Positions 1 through 13,116 are shown, counted from the first letter of the whole stretch. The stretch is 58,791 nt of DNA, filler included, from Circinaria calcarea (GCA_051942165.1; 10 parts of 10 records of this genome joined end to end with filler, not necessarily neighbours in it), one strand, 5' to 3'. Numbers and translations: made by a program. The notes: generated by a model from the sequence alone, not told the origin.

Positions 1-112
1 GGGAAGGAGGGTCTCCCCGGGATTTCTTTGGCTTCGGAGGAGCCACGACAATGCAGTCGCCCACATCTGCGACATCCTCTTCCGCTACTCGAGTTCGTTT
101 GGTAGATTGCAT
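1..112 (-). CDS. Possible 5' end of a hypothetical gene (MQSTKRTRVAEEDVADVGDCIVVAPPKPKKSRGD...), running off the window edge
   Basis: ATG at 112 on the minus strand, open to position 1. It is preceded by a canonical minus-strand intron GTAAGT...GCTAAT...TAG at about 140-185 that would lie in the 5' UTR. Confidence 0.3.
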   Translation of the reverse strand, partial: MQSTKRTRVAEEDVADVGDCIVVAPPKPKKSRGDPPS

Positions 113-1168
113 GATCGAAGTTTGATATAGTTTGTTTCTCTACACGTATTAGCACCCAGCATATCAACGTCTGGAGGTCACTTACAATATTCAATGGGCA
201 ATGCTGAAGAGAGAAGAGACCATCCCCGTCCACCGACTATCTTCCCAATGCCCCCCAGCGTAGCCCTGCAATAGCCTGCCTACCAGCGTATGCCCCCAGC
301 ATCTTCCTCAGAGGCTTGCCCGTTGCCCCATAACTGACGTGACGCCGGACATCGTGAACCGGTTATTTGGCGTGTACCCGAGCTGCCGGGTAGGCTTGGC
401 AGGAGTATCTACCGACCCACCGGGTTTCCCCATTTGGCTAGACTAGCCGATTGAAGATCCAAATTTCACTTCCAACGAGAGGCTGGTTGCTCGCATGTTG
501 GAACCGAGGGCATCCATCAGCCTAGATGTGCGCGATGGATGTACCGGCTCGCATATGCGCAATACTACCAGCTCTGCCGACTTGAAGCCATTACCTCAGC
601 GATATGCTCAGAGTGTTGCGCCCACAAGGATATGTCCACAGCAGTGATAGGCCCCACAGTGACATGCCCACAGTGATGGGCCTTCTGGTGGTGGTGAACC
701 ACGAATATCGAGGCTTCCGGCACAAATTGCCGTTCGCGCGATGACCGTGGGCTTGGCAAACCCTCATCGGGTTAAACTGCCAAAGATGGCAACGTGTATC
801 GAGGAACCCCCCGTATCGTTATCGTGCAATCAGATTACTCGTGACGACAGCATCGATGACCTTTATATCCCGACTCAACGGATTAGCTGTAGTGGAAAAT
901 ATATATTGGGCTCTCTTCCCCTCCCCAAATGTTCTCTTTTTTTCCCTAAGCAAACCTCTTCGTAAGCTCAAACAAAACTCTCCAGATGTATGTATCTTTC
1001 CTTTCCACCTCGCCTCTCTTCCCGCAACCTCACCTTCCTTCCTGTCCTCTCCAGTTCCCCACCTCATCTCTTCATTTCCTTTCCTCTCTTCTCTTCCTCT
1101 CCTTGTCACCTCCCATCTCACCTCTCCACTGGCTAACCTAATGTGTAATAGTACCCAATCCAAATAAA

Positions 1169-1633
1169 ATGCCTCACGAAATCCACCGTCATGTCCATTA
1201 TTACTCCGTCGCCGCCCCTCCGCCTCCCCCACTATCTAAAAAGGCCAAAGGGCCTGAATCAAAGGCAATTAAGGCGGGCCGAGTCGAGAAGAAGGAGAAG
1301 GAGAAGGAGAAGGAGAAGGAGAAGAAGGCTGTAGAGAAAGTTGGGGGTTGGGCCATCAAAAAGGAAGAAGGAGGAGAGGAGAGGGTTGAAGGGGGGGATG
1401 AAAAAGGGATAAAGGTTGAGGGGGAGATGGAGGAGGAGAGGGAGGAAGAGGAGGAGAATGGGGGAGGGAAGAGGGAAGTAGGGAAGAGGAGGAGGCGAAC
1501 GAACGGGGATCATCTTAAGGCAGCATACGAGAAAGGATTCGCTGCAGGGCGCGCAAGCGCGCAGGAGGAGGTTTCCCGGTTGGAATCAGAGATCGAATGC
1601 CTAAGGGCTAGATACTATCAAGTAGACGAATAG
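1169..1633 (+). CDS. Hypothetical Lys/Glu-rich protein (154 aa) with basic NLS-like patch and C-terminal coiled coil
   Basis: ATG-initiated ORF; upstream pyrimidine-rich intron-like segment GTATGT(988)...GCTAAC...TAG(1151); (GAGAAG)n repeat encodes KEKEKE; KRRRR motif. Confidence 0.45.
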   Translation: MPHEIHRHVHYYSVAAPPPPPLSKKAKGPESKAIKAGRVEKKEKEKEKEKEKKAVEKVGGWAIKKEEGGEERVEGGDEKGIKVEGEMEEEREEEEENGGGKREVGKRRRRTNGDHLKAAYEKGFAAGRASAQEEVSRLESEIECLRARYYQVDE

Positions 1634-2068
1634 AGAATTGATATGATTTGGACTTCACCTATATGTACTTAAGATAGTTTAATACGACGGTGATTATCAC
1701 CGGAGTGCCTGCACCATGCAAAATATTAATGGAATTGCTGAATTCTATCTCCTTTTACGCCGAATATCTGCCACGCACTCCGATGATGCTATTCACTACT
1801 CCCACGTACATTCTCCTATTACCACGCCCCCCCCCCACTTTTTGTTATGCTCACTCACCCCTAGATTGTAGAATATTTTATTTCCACGCACCCCTTAACT
1901 ATACATGCCCATGGCTGTGGTTCGGGTGGTGCGAGAAGGGTGAATTGCCTCTCTTTTCGCTCGAATATGTGAAAAATGCCACTAGCCATAAAAGACACCA
2001 TATCCCCGACGACATCCTAACCCCTCGTCTTTCCTCTACTACACCTCGATTCACTTCGCCCCAACACA

Positions 2069-2832
2069 ATGACTTCCCCGAAATCTTTCCGCCAGCTCAT
2101 CGGCGTCTCCCCATCAACCGCCTCCCCGTCTGATCCTACGTGCGCCCTTATAATCATCGATGCCCAGAATGAGTATGCAATTGGCCTGCTGAAGACCGCC
2201 AATGTGTCTAGTACGAGAAAGGCTATCACAGAGTTGTTGAAAAGATATAGAGGTGCAGGGGGAAAGATCATCCATGTGGTACATAAAACATCGGAGCAGG
2301 CCCCGGTGTTTACGACTGGGAAGGAGGTGGGGAACGAGTTTGAGGAGCTGGAGGTTGAGCAGGGAGAGAAGGTGAGTTGCAGGAGGTCTTTTGGCCAATC
2401 GAGGCATGGAGGACGAAGGGTTTATCCGGCATGCTGAACCGAGGAAGGTAATCGAAAAACGCCACCCGGGGTCCTTCAGAGACACAGATCTCCACGAATT
2501 TCTGCAAAGAGAGGGGATCAAGAAGGTGGTATTAACTGGCTATATGGTACAACTAAACGTACACCAAATCATCTTTCGGGTACTAACGTCCTCAGGCGCA
2601 TGTATGTGTCTCCACCACAGCTAGGCAGGCAAGTGAACTGGGGTACGATGTGGTTCTGGCCGGGGATGCCATTGGCGATAGAGACATTCCGGGCATTGGT
2701 GGGGAAGAGCTTACCAAGGTGAGCGTAAAGAACCTTTCCACCACAAGAGGGTATTGATGAGTTTTGCAGGTCGTACTTTGGGAGCTTGCAGATGCGTTCG
2801 GGACCGTTGTGAAGTGCGATGAAATCCGGTGA
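2069..2832 (+). CDS. Isochorismatase-like cysteine hydrolase, 4 exons (2069-2371, 2448-2546, 2596-2718, 2770-2832)
   Basis: [11 protein letters not shown] (catalytic Asp), IEKRHPGSF (Lys), [13 protein letters not shown] (Cys) and GYDV. Three GT-AG introns join the exons in frame. Confidence 0.93.
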
Positions 2833-3166
2833 TTTGGTCTGGATTCTTCCATCAAAATCATAAGTTATAGAATTGTTAATAACAAAGTAGCGAAACATAA
2901 GCAACCTTGATTAGTCCACGTATAGTTAGTACTGTATCCTAATTTTAGTGTTGAACGAAAGCGCGAATCGTAACATAGCTTGACTTGACGAAAGCAACGG
3001 GCGAAGGCCCCTATGTATAGACCCGCATAACGTTACTCGCCAAATTTTCAACATTAAGCTCCGTAGCACGTGATATATGCAATCCACAATAGAAAGGACT
3101 TCCTCTTAGTTACTCAGTCTTCTCTTAATTCCTACGTTCCTTGGCGACGAGGCAGGGTAAATTCTA

Positions 3167-4264
3167 ATGGATATGGCTTCTAAGTTTAAGATTGGTCAAG
3201 TTCTCCAAGGCAAGCTTGGGACTTATAGAGTTTCTGAGAAGCTTCATCGAGATATTTGGAGCGCAGTGTGAGATAATCCCTAGTTTTGAGTCTTCCCCTT
3301 TTCTCATGTTTCTAGTTGTACCAATAACGGGATGGTTATTGTCAAAACCGCTCCACAATATCGCTTGGACAACGAGCGTGATGTTCTTAAAAGTCTTCGG
3401 GGTCGATCGTACATTCGTCAGCTAGTCGATGAGGTCGAGGATCCCCCATCCCTGGTTTTAACACACCTTGATGATAATCTGCTTAATGCGTCGAACTCGA
3501 AAAAGCTGAAGAGAGGAGATATCAAATTTGTTGCTAAAAGGGTACTTGAGGCTTTGAAAGTGTTTCACGAGTTTGGCTACGTGCATACAGGTACGGCGGG
3601 TTCTTTCAATATACAACTCGGTCATGAATCATGCCAACTGATATCAGATGTCAAACCGGATAATATTCTCGTTAATTACGACACCGGGTCTAATCGATTC
3701 AGCGATGTACAGCTAGGTGACTGTGGGGATACTTTTCGCGTGGATCCAAATACAGACCCCAACGAAAATGGGCACATAATCGGGGCAGCTATCTTCCGCA
3801 GCCCTGAAGCAACGCTCAATCTGAAGTGGGGAACTCCAACAGATATTTGGTCATTTGGTGCTACTGTAAGTAAAGTGGCTCCTCGCCGCACGGTCTGCGT
3901 TTTATGACCTTTGATACAGCTTATAAGCTTGATTTTTGGAAAGAGCTGGCACATCTTTAAACCTGATAATCTGGACCCAGACGATGAAACTTTCCCGCTA
4001 CATGTTCTGATAAAGCAAGCCAATTTCTTTGGACCTTTTCCGCTGAGCTATCAGGAGATAGCAGACGACGAGAGGCTGTATATTCTCACGGTTGTCATGA
4101 ACTACATCAAGGAAAACGTGAAAAGAAAGCCCTTTTCTATGGTTCAGGACCGGGAACTTATAAAGGAAGACCGGGAGTTCATTTGTAAGATTATGAAGCT
4201 CGACCCAAGGGATAGACCTACTGCAGAAGAGCTTCTAGGAGATGAGTGGTTCAACTTTGCATAG
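3167..4264 (+). CDS. Fungal Ser/Thr protein kinase (CMGC/SRPK-like), 4 exons (introns 3268-3315, 3591-3647, 3866-3920)
   Basis: VIVK, HTDVKPDNIL catalytic loop (split by an intron), LGDCG, FRSPE, TDIWSFG and DPRDRPTAEELL motifs. Confidence 0.92.
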
Positions 4265-5799
4265 GATGGGCGTTCCACGTGGATTGCTGGGTAGATGGTG
4301 TCTGAAATATTCTGCGTCATAGCCAGGCCAAGATACTTCTGTGCTAGGCCGTGGATACTTTGCAAATTTGATGTAAGATAAGGTTTCTTATTGCACCGTG
4401 AAGCCATTATTATTCTTATTGACTTCTCAACCTACCAGCCCCAGCAGTCGTACGCTTCCTTCCCCCCAACTCCCTTTAACTTGGAACCAATACCGTCGCA
4501 ACTCTTCAAGACTGCCAACCCATTAGCCTCATCAGGACCAGATCAATATCTCCATACCTACCATGAAAAGCCAGCAGCCAGACCTGGCCCCAAAAACCTT
4601 TATCGCTCATTGCTTCTTTTCCAGCCCCGTTCTCGGGAAATGTAGGGTGGTAATATACTTCCCATTGCTGTCCATACAGACTCCGGTGTAATGAAACCTG
4701 GAATCGCTCGAACTAGAATGATCACTCTCACTATAACTGGCGAGTTAACTCCTGTACTGTTTGTTCGTGCTCTAGCCTGCTACTGACCGCGCAACCACTT
4801 CTGCGGTCCCTTCGGGTAACGGTGTGGAAATTTCCTCGACCGCCTTTTGGAAGCCAGGTTTGATTGCGTCTGCCATGGCTTCCGGTCTCTTCCACTTCTC
4901 CGTTTCGGTTGCCGCTGATAGAACCAGTTCTTTACCACCCTTCATTATCGTAGCCAAGGCCTTGCGGCTGATAATTAGATTGGACGCTATACTAGAGTGG
5001 TTTGTGGCTCAAATGTCGAGCTGGCAAATTAATCGGGAAGGAATGAGCTGAAGGTGAAGGGTAGATAAAGCTGGGGAAGGGCTTTGAAAAGCCTGTGGGA
5101 ATTTGATTAAAGCGATGGCATCAGTGAATCAAGTGCTGGACGTGAATTACATGATTTCAAACAATACCCTTCAACATCTCCAGCGAACAGGCAATAGGCA
5201 ACAACTCACGAGAATAGGCAACAGTACACAAGAATAAGCAATAGGTAGCAATTCTCACTGGTAATTTATAGCGGGAACGCAGTGGGCTAGCGTTAGCTCT
5301 GAAACCCTTATTCAATTAGATTCGGGTTCTTATTTATTTAAGTTAAAGACTCCCTCTCGTCTAACAGAAGAGTAGTATTTTATTGATTTAGCTTTCCCAC
5401 TTATTAGTTCTGACAATGCCTTACATACTTAATACGCACCTCAAAATCGACACTATAGCAACCCACCCAAAAGACTCAACAACCCCATCCTAGGCCCAAA
5501 CTCAAGACTTCCACATCTGTCAAAGAAACTTCAAGAGTTCCCATCCCCCGTTCCTAACCCCAGCATCCCTACCAGCAACAACTACCTTCGGTCTCCAACT
5601 CATGAAAAACCACACAGCTCCACTCTCCCGGTCAGAACATCCTTCCGCCTTAAATCCAAAAACTGCCCCCTTTCCCCAAATCAAACCAATCCTCCCCCCC
5701 GGCATTCCCCTACCCATTTCTTACCCACAAAGTTCCACAAGCCGTCAAAACCAATCTCTAATACCCTCGCTCCCCACTCGGCACACATCAGTACGGAGA

Positions 5800-5899
5800 N
5801 NNNNNNNNNNNNNNNNNNNNNNNNNNNNNNNNNNNNNNNNNNNTTAATTAATTAANNNNNNNNNNNNNNNNNNNNNNNNNNNNNNNNNNNNNNNNNNNN
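5800..5899. other. Artificial contig spacer
   Basis: N44-TTAATTAATTAA-N44; stops in all six frames. Confidence 0.99.
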
Positions 5900-8052
5900 A
5901 ACCCATGACTGGTAACTGGTTTCTAGAGTCGGAGGAGTTCAAATCCTGGCTGGAACACACGAACGGTATCTTCTGGCTCTACGGTATTCCCGGATGCGGC
6001 AAAACTGTTTTATGCTCCAGTGTCATTGAACACGTGAAGACTCTCTGCAGTGGCGACTCTACTGATGGTTATGCCTACTATTACTTTGACTTCAACGACG
6101 AGAGGAAGCAGAGATTAGAGGGATTACTGCGCTCAATACTTGCGCAACTCTCCAGCCAAAAGGTCAAGTTGCCAAAGGAAATCCAAAGACTGTATGACGA
6201 GAGTACAAGGCATCAGCAGCAACCTAATCTGTCCAGTCTCATGGAGACTTTCTTCCTTTTAATCAGACGCTTTAGACGGGTTTACCTCGTGGTAGATGCT
6301 CTGGACGAATGTACCGAAAGGGAAGACTTATTAAACTTCATCAATGAGGTCGCGAATCAGAAGGCTAACAATGCGAGTATTTTGGTGGCGAGTCGCAAAG
6401 AGCAGGATTTTGTGACGGGACTCGAAGACATCACAACAAAGAGCTTGTGTGTTCAAGACGCACCAACAGAGCACGATATCAGATTATTCATCCAAAAGCG
6501 CCTGATGCGAGACCCAAAGTTAAAGAAACGGCCCGAATCTGTCAAAAGAGAGATCGAGCAATCATTGGTAGATGGGGCTCATGGAATGTAACGAGGATAT
6601 TTTCATTTATAGTATATTCACTTTTTGGATGAGCGCTGATTTGTTGTTGAAAGGTTCCGCTGGGTTGCTTGTCAGCTAGAGGCTCTCGGCACCTGCTTAA
6701 GCCCATCAGCCATTCTGACAGCCCTCCAAACTCTACCCAAGACATTGGATGAGACTTATGGCCGAATTCTGTTGAACATGCCGGAAGATTATCGGACACT
6801 AGCGTTTACTGCGCTTCAATGGCTGGCTTTTTCAGAAAGGCCCTTACGTCTTGAGGAAGTTGCTGAAGTAGTTGCGGTGAAACCTGGATGTAGCATCTTC
6901 CAAGAAATTGACCGGCTCTTCGACCCCTGGGAAATTTTGACAGTCTGCTCCAGTCTTGTTGTTTTCTCGGAAACGACAAAGGAGATGCGACTTGCACACT
7001 ATTCCGTGAAGGAATATCTTCTCTCGGATCGCATCAAGAAAGGCTTTGGGGCTAATTTTCACCTGATGGAGGTATCCGCACATAGAAGCATGGCTGAGAT
7101 CTGTTGTACTTATCTCCTGTCGTTCGATAGGCCCGATTCGCTAATTTTACAACCCCTAAAGGATTTCCCGCTGCTCCGTTATGCAGCTGAAAACTGGTAT
7201 AAACACGCTCGGATAGTACAGACGGACTCCCAGGAGACACTGAATACAATGATCTTTCGGCTGTTGGATGAAACAAGAGATTCGAGCTTTTACAATTGGT
7301 TACGAGTATTTCAGCCTGATAGACCATGGTACGGGCAGAAAATGCAACTAGACTTGACAGAAATAGGTCGTCCGGTGTATTATGCGTCCTATCTAGGACT
7401 ACTGGAAATGGTTAAAAGACTACTGGAGACTGGAGGGAATGCCAACTCGATTGGTGGCTACTACGGCAATTCGCTGCAGGCGGCAGCGGTAAGAGGATAC
7501 GAGAAGGTCGTGCGGCTCTTACTGCAGCGTGGTGCAGATATCAACTGTCAAGGGGGCGAGTACGGGAGCGCACTGCAGGCGGCCTTCGTGGGTAAGCAAG
7601 AGCATATCGTCTCACTGTTGATCGAGCACGGCGCCGACGTCAACGCTCAAGGCGGATACTACGGTAACGCACTCCAGGCAGCTTTGACTCAAAACCTTGC
7701 CCGATATGTTCCAACGCTAATAGAGATGGGCGCCGACGTCAACGCGCAAGGCGGTCAGTTCGGCAATGCCTTGCAGGCGGCTTCGAGATACTGGCACGAA
7801 AGTACGGTCGAGTTATTGGTCGAGAAAGGGGCGGATGTGAACGCTTCGGGTGGATATTATGGCCACGCGCTGCAGGCGGCATCTCGAGGGGGCAACGAGA
7901 ATATCGTCCGGCTATTGCTGGGGAAAGGGGCTCGAGTCAATGCCCCCGGGGGATCTTTTGGCTGCGCTCTCGAAGCGGCAAAGTGGAGCCGGAATTGGAA
8001 CATCTTTTATATTCTATCGGAATGGGCATCTGATAAGTCGGTATTAAATTAA
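5900..8052 (+). CDS. NACHT-ankyrin NLR-like protein, 5'-truncated by the contig edge; intron 6588-6653
   Basis: Walker A GIPGCGKT, Walker B YLVVDALDEC, GMFRWVACQL across the intron, AHYSVKEYL, and about six GGxYGNALQAA ankyrin repeats. Confidence 0.93.
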
Positions 8053-11000
8053 CTGAAATTCGATATACTTGACAATTTTCTATGGAATGATTCTCTGAAA
8101 AAAGAAAAAAGTCAGCTTTGCTGAAAATAGCGAAAAAAGGGGGCGGATTTTTGCTAATTGGGCGTGTCTTTTATTTCGCACCAATATCTTAGCCATTTCC
8201 ATCCATCTGTAAGGGCCTCTGGTAGAGGACCCCTACGAACCCTACGGGTGAACTATATACCGAGGCCACGAGGTATTGGCTTAGCGAGGAAGGTTTTCTC
8301 GCGAAGCGTTACACCAGAATTCTTTAGCAATAATTCATACGCTATGCGAACTAATTGAGCACATTATCACACAGTTTACCGATCCTAAATCGTAAGATCA
8401 CTATACGATTCGTAAAGGATCCTTACAAGCTACCGGGGTATCTCCTCCAGTTGACGCTTCTGCAAGCACCGACAAACCACAGAGTGTTTAGTCCAACTTG
8501 AGTGGAATATGAGCCGAAGGAACTGCTCCTAAATCGGTCGGAGATGTGGAGGCCGGCATGAGGTTCGGGGTGCTAGTGTGTTGAAGGATTATAGTAAGAA
8601 TAGGCTGTGCCGACCATGAAAACAGGCAGAAAGGTTTGTATGTAAGAAATGCACGAAATGAGCATTAAAGTGCTTATCATGAAGCGAATTTCCGGTTAGG
8701 GTCGTTGATAGATCTGTTGATGGGAAAAAGAATGCCTAGGTAAGTGGAAGGGGAGGAGGCAAGTCTGTAGAAAGTGATGGGAATGTGTGATTTAATGACA
8801 CGGGAGATGGGCAATCGCGTTTGGAGATATCCGCCATTCATCCTATATCAGTGACGCGTATAGTACGCCGGTTGTACTTTGAGAGCAGCCGCAGCGGAGA
8901 GGAGCTTACAGATGACCTACAAGTAGTAGTCGCTGTGGCGAAGGATAAACAAACGGATGTGGATTGTACTGGTATGGCATATCCGTTCCCGTTCGGATTT
9001 CAGATGGTTTATGTAGAGGCTGCAGAAGAGGGGTAAGTAGGTCACTGACGTTCTGTATTCCTAAGGAAGCACTTGGACGAGATGTTTCGTTCACTCTAGA
9101 TACTCCTGAAACTCGTTCCTAGCTCCAACAGTGACTATGGTAGAAGGGGATATCAGGTTAGATGGTGTTACTGCCTTCCGCGGAAATACAAATCTAGGTA
9201 GGCAGCGAATCGTGCGACCTTGAGGCATGCGTAAAGAGCGAAGCAACATAGCGTGGGGTTAGACGGGAGGAATTAGCTAATTCGAACAGATCCCACACCT
9301 AAAGAAAGGGTATACGTGAACCAAGGATAGGAATAACACCAAATGGAGGAGAATACGATTGATTTGAGGGGAGATGTCTCTCCTCCCGAGGATTGAAAGT
9401 GACATTTTCTGGCCTCGACTCTCTGATCGAGTAGATAGACTTTGATAATCTCTCGATAGTCTGATCATCCTGTAGTGTTTGGGTGCGAGATAAGTTATCT
9501 TCGAGTTTGGAAAGATGACTTCCCGGGCGGTCCAATGAAGTCCAACGGCTCCAACGACAGACATTTTCCTGTGAGGAGGAACTTTTGCATCAGTGGAGAC
9601 ACGCTGGAGCATGCAACGGGACTTGATACAAAGTGGAGAGCATCGAGGATGAACCAAGGGATAAAGATCCTAGGGAGCCTCCTCCCATCTTACGTATGTG
9701 GTCTTTTACTCTCGAGCCTGTAACAGATTTGTACCCTCCCAGCCCACGTAAAAGCTTCTCTTCTGGTGAATTATCCGCTAACACCGGAAAACTCATGTAG
9801 GAAACAAAGAGACAGTAGTGATGAGACTGAAGAAATCAGTAGTCGCCCCGTACTGCCAAGGCTATTGGCATGGACAACGGCATATGTATTACTCCGTAGC
9901 GCCGAGAGGTTCACCCCTGGGCCTGGCCTGTTTAAGAGAGTCACGTGATGACTCCACATGGCTTTTCGGCAGATTGTTTCATGTACTGTAAATACATGCG
10001 CGCCCAGCCAGCCAGCCCAGCCAGCCAGCCCAGCCAGCGGAACCTGTCGAGCACGAAAGTTGGCGTGATAACGGATTACCTGCAGCCCACTTTCCGTGCA
10101 ACTCTTAGGTACGGAGCACTCCACCTAGCGAAATCGTTGAAACTCAATTACCAGCGCCAGCTTATCGTCTACCGAGGCAAATTTCCCACGACAGAAGCGT
10201 TGACACGGGATCAAGAGGATTTGTCGACAGGTGCCCACACTGCCTGTCTGCAAACGACCTTTCCGGTGCGGAGTCGTCTTCTACATTGGATCTCCCGCCC
10301 ATGGGTCCTGCGGTTGACTGCCCCGAGGGACCGCGACAGCCTAACCGTTTGCAACTTTCTCGGAGAATTAGATCAAACATTATTGTCAGCCTAGCTCTCA
10401 CTCGTCCATCGGCAGTTGGAGAAAAGATGTCCCGTAATTGGACCCTGGACCACAGAAGATTAGGCTTACTGTCCTGTGAATTAGGACATGCAGTCATTAC
10501 CTTACTTTATCGATTTGACCCAATACCGGTATTGGGACCCTGTGGAGTCGGCATACTGCCACACCGTTGTCACAACATGCTTCGAGAGGAAAATCAACGG
10601 GGCACAAAATCGTTATTCTTCAACGAGGTGAGGCTTGGCAAGTGATATTTCTGCTCGACTCGCGTGGGGATGCCCGAACTTCAGGGCAAACGTCTCCGGA
10701 GTACGAGTCCCTACCCCCTGTACATATCGTGAGGCAACCCGGCCGTCTGCTAGAGTAGCCCCGCGATCTTTGCCGGGCCTATCTCTCGGAGTCATCTCCA
10801 GCCTCGTCCCCCGTTTCAGCCAGTCATTGGTCAGATCCATCGGATCCCTGGAGTCGATCACGGCAATTCTAGGCTTGTTTGTCCCAGGGTGCGCCACGAG
10901 ACATCGACAGAGGAGGAGGGCGCGATCTTTGCTATGGCCCTTCCTCCTGAACTACTCGGTATTATCTTTCATTATTTCATCACCATCACCTCCACTACCA

Positions 11001-11294
11001 CTACCCTCCTCCATCACCGCCCACCAACTTTTCTCCATCACTTCACCTCCCCGGTATACAGCATCGTTTCTTCTACCTACAAACTGCTGCAGTTCGAATG
11101 TCTTGACCCTCAGCTTCATCGTGTCAATTACTTCAAGCCAGGTGCCCTCTGGTGCCTGAGGTACCATCACGATCCCTACGATCGACTTTGTCTGACTCCA
11201 ACTCAAGTCGAGGCGCGTAGCTGGTCTATCTCCATTGGTCAAATTAACGGTCCTACCCGAACTGAGACGTAAAGACACCGACAAACTCGGTGCA

Positions 11295-11675
11295 ATGGGT
11301 CCTTCACTGCGGGACCATTCGTCCTTTGTCCGTCCAGCTACACGAGAAAGGCCTTCTACCCATGATCAGAATGACCATCTTGTCGTCGTTCCTAGCCGGA
11401 CCTCCTCCCTTCATTCACGCATCACCCAACCCATCCCGTCCACTCTCAACGCGAAGCCCACCCAAAGGACGCCCAAGACCCTGACCCATGCCTACATGGT
11501 GTGCGGTGTGGGTCGGGAGCCATCACAGTGGCTCAAGGCGCCAGTTCCGACTCAAGGCAAGATAGGCCACATGAAGGGGGCCGTGGCCCAGTTTTGGCTT
11601 CCTGAAATACTGGGGAGCAGCCCGAGAATCGAGCAAGACAACGAGATTGCTCGGGCCCTTCACGCAGCCATGAGG
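11295..11675 (+). CDS. First exon of a probable fungal DENN/uDENN-domain protein; rest beyond the contig edge
   Basis: HAYMVCGVGREPSQW...FWLPEILGSSPR block recalled from fungal DENN proteins; GTGAGT donor at 11676. Confidence 0.65.
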
Positions 11676-11692
11676 GTGAGTGACCCTGAAAC

Positions 11693-11792
11693 NNNNNNNN
11701 NNNNNNNNNNNNNNNNNNNNNNNNNNNNNNNNNNNNTTAATTAATTAANNNNNNNNNNNNNNNNNNNNNNNNNNNNNNNNNNNNNNNNNNNN
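11693..11792. other. Artificial contig spacer
   Basis: N44-TTAATTAATTAA-N44. Confidence 0.99.
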
Positions 11793-13116
11793 AGCTCGTA
11801 CTGTTCGAGACCAACTATGGCACGTCCTATCAACCTCAGCATTACCTGGTCTTTGTACTTCTTGGGGTTGCCGGGGGCTTATTCGGTGGTGTTTTTTGCA
11901 AGGCCAACTTTTTGTGGTCCAAGAGCTTCCGAAAGTACGGGATAATCAAAAATCATCCGGTTTTCGAAGTCTTCCTCGTGGTATTGGCGACAGCCCTCCT
12001 CCAATATCCCAATCCCCTAACCAGAGAGCCTGGCGACGTCATCATCAAGAACCTACTGATCGACTGCCGCGATACTAATGAATCTTGGGTGTGCCAGATG
12101 GAGGCTAGAAATCAACGTTCTGGCTACATAGGGTGGCTCGTGTATGGAACGGTGGCCAAGTTGTTCCTTACCATCATCACGTTCGGCTGCAAAGTCCCTT
12201 CGGGCATTATCATTCCGGCCCTCGACGCTGGGGCATTCTTTGGAAGACTAGTCGGACAGTGGATCACTACGATCTCTCCTGGTATATTCGCAATGGTTGG
12301 CGCAGCTGCGTTTTTGGCAGGCGTCTCCAGGATGACAATTTCCTTGTGCGTGATCATGTTTGAGGTAGGTTTGCCCACATTAAGGCCTACGCTGTAAGAA
12401 ACTGACAGCCTTGTAGCTGACCGGCGAGTTGGAGTATATTGTTCCGCATATGATTGCAATCTTGGTAGCGAAATGGGTCTCCGATGCCTTGGAGAAAGAA
12501 GGAGTGTATGATCTCGCACAGACCGTGCTCGGTCACCCGTTTCTCGATCTGGACAATTCCATGAGTCTTGTTCAAAAGGAGGCTGCCTTGGTCGAAGCCC
12601 TGATTCCTCCACGGCAGACCATGCACGAGATCACCGTCGATGTCCCCAAAGACGGCCTCATCGCCGGCACCATTCTCGAGGAGAAGCTGGAGCGTCTCAA
12701 GAGCAGAGGGCTTATGGACGCTGGCCTCGTCCTGGTTCAAAATGGCATGCTCCAGGGCTACCTCGCCGAAGGCGAGCTGGACTTTGGCCTAAACGAGTTG
12801 GCCCGGACCTGGGGCTCTACGTCGCGGATCCGGTTGCTTGGGAATGCGGACGATGGGGAATTTGACCTGTCCATGTTTGTCGATCGGACGCCGTTGACGA
12901 TTTGCGCGCAAGCGCCCATGGAGTATGCGGTGGAGATGTTTGGGAAACTGGGCTTGCGGTATCTGTGTGTGGTGGAAGAGGGGTCGGGAAAGTTGCTGGG
13001 GGTATGTATACGAGCAAAACCTCTCGGATTCGATATGGCTTTTCTTTGGGCTGACAAGGCTGCAGGTCATTATCAAGAAACGGCTTGTAGCCTGGCTGGA
13101 AGGAATCAAGAATTGA
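11793..13116 (+). CDS. CLC-family chloride channel/antiporter with CBS domains, 5'-truncated; introns 12365-12416 and 13002-13065
   Basis: VPSGIIIP, FAMVGAAAFLAGVSRMT, VIMFELTG and GVYD motifs; C-terminal CBS region (DRTPLT, FGKLGLRYL). Confidence 0.93.

Noticed and set aside
5190..5250. AATAGGCAAC-type repeats at 20-nt spacing, considered as a CRISPR-like array
   Set aside because: Three degenerate units with no proper spacers and a eukaryotic context; a simple minisatellite.
8906..9796. Same-frame minus-strand ORF fragments suggesting a pseudogene
   Set aside because: No recognisable motif or convincing splice structure.
10004..10037. (CCAG)n-like repeat
   Set aside because: Short ordinary simple repeat.
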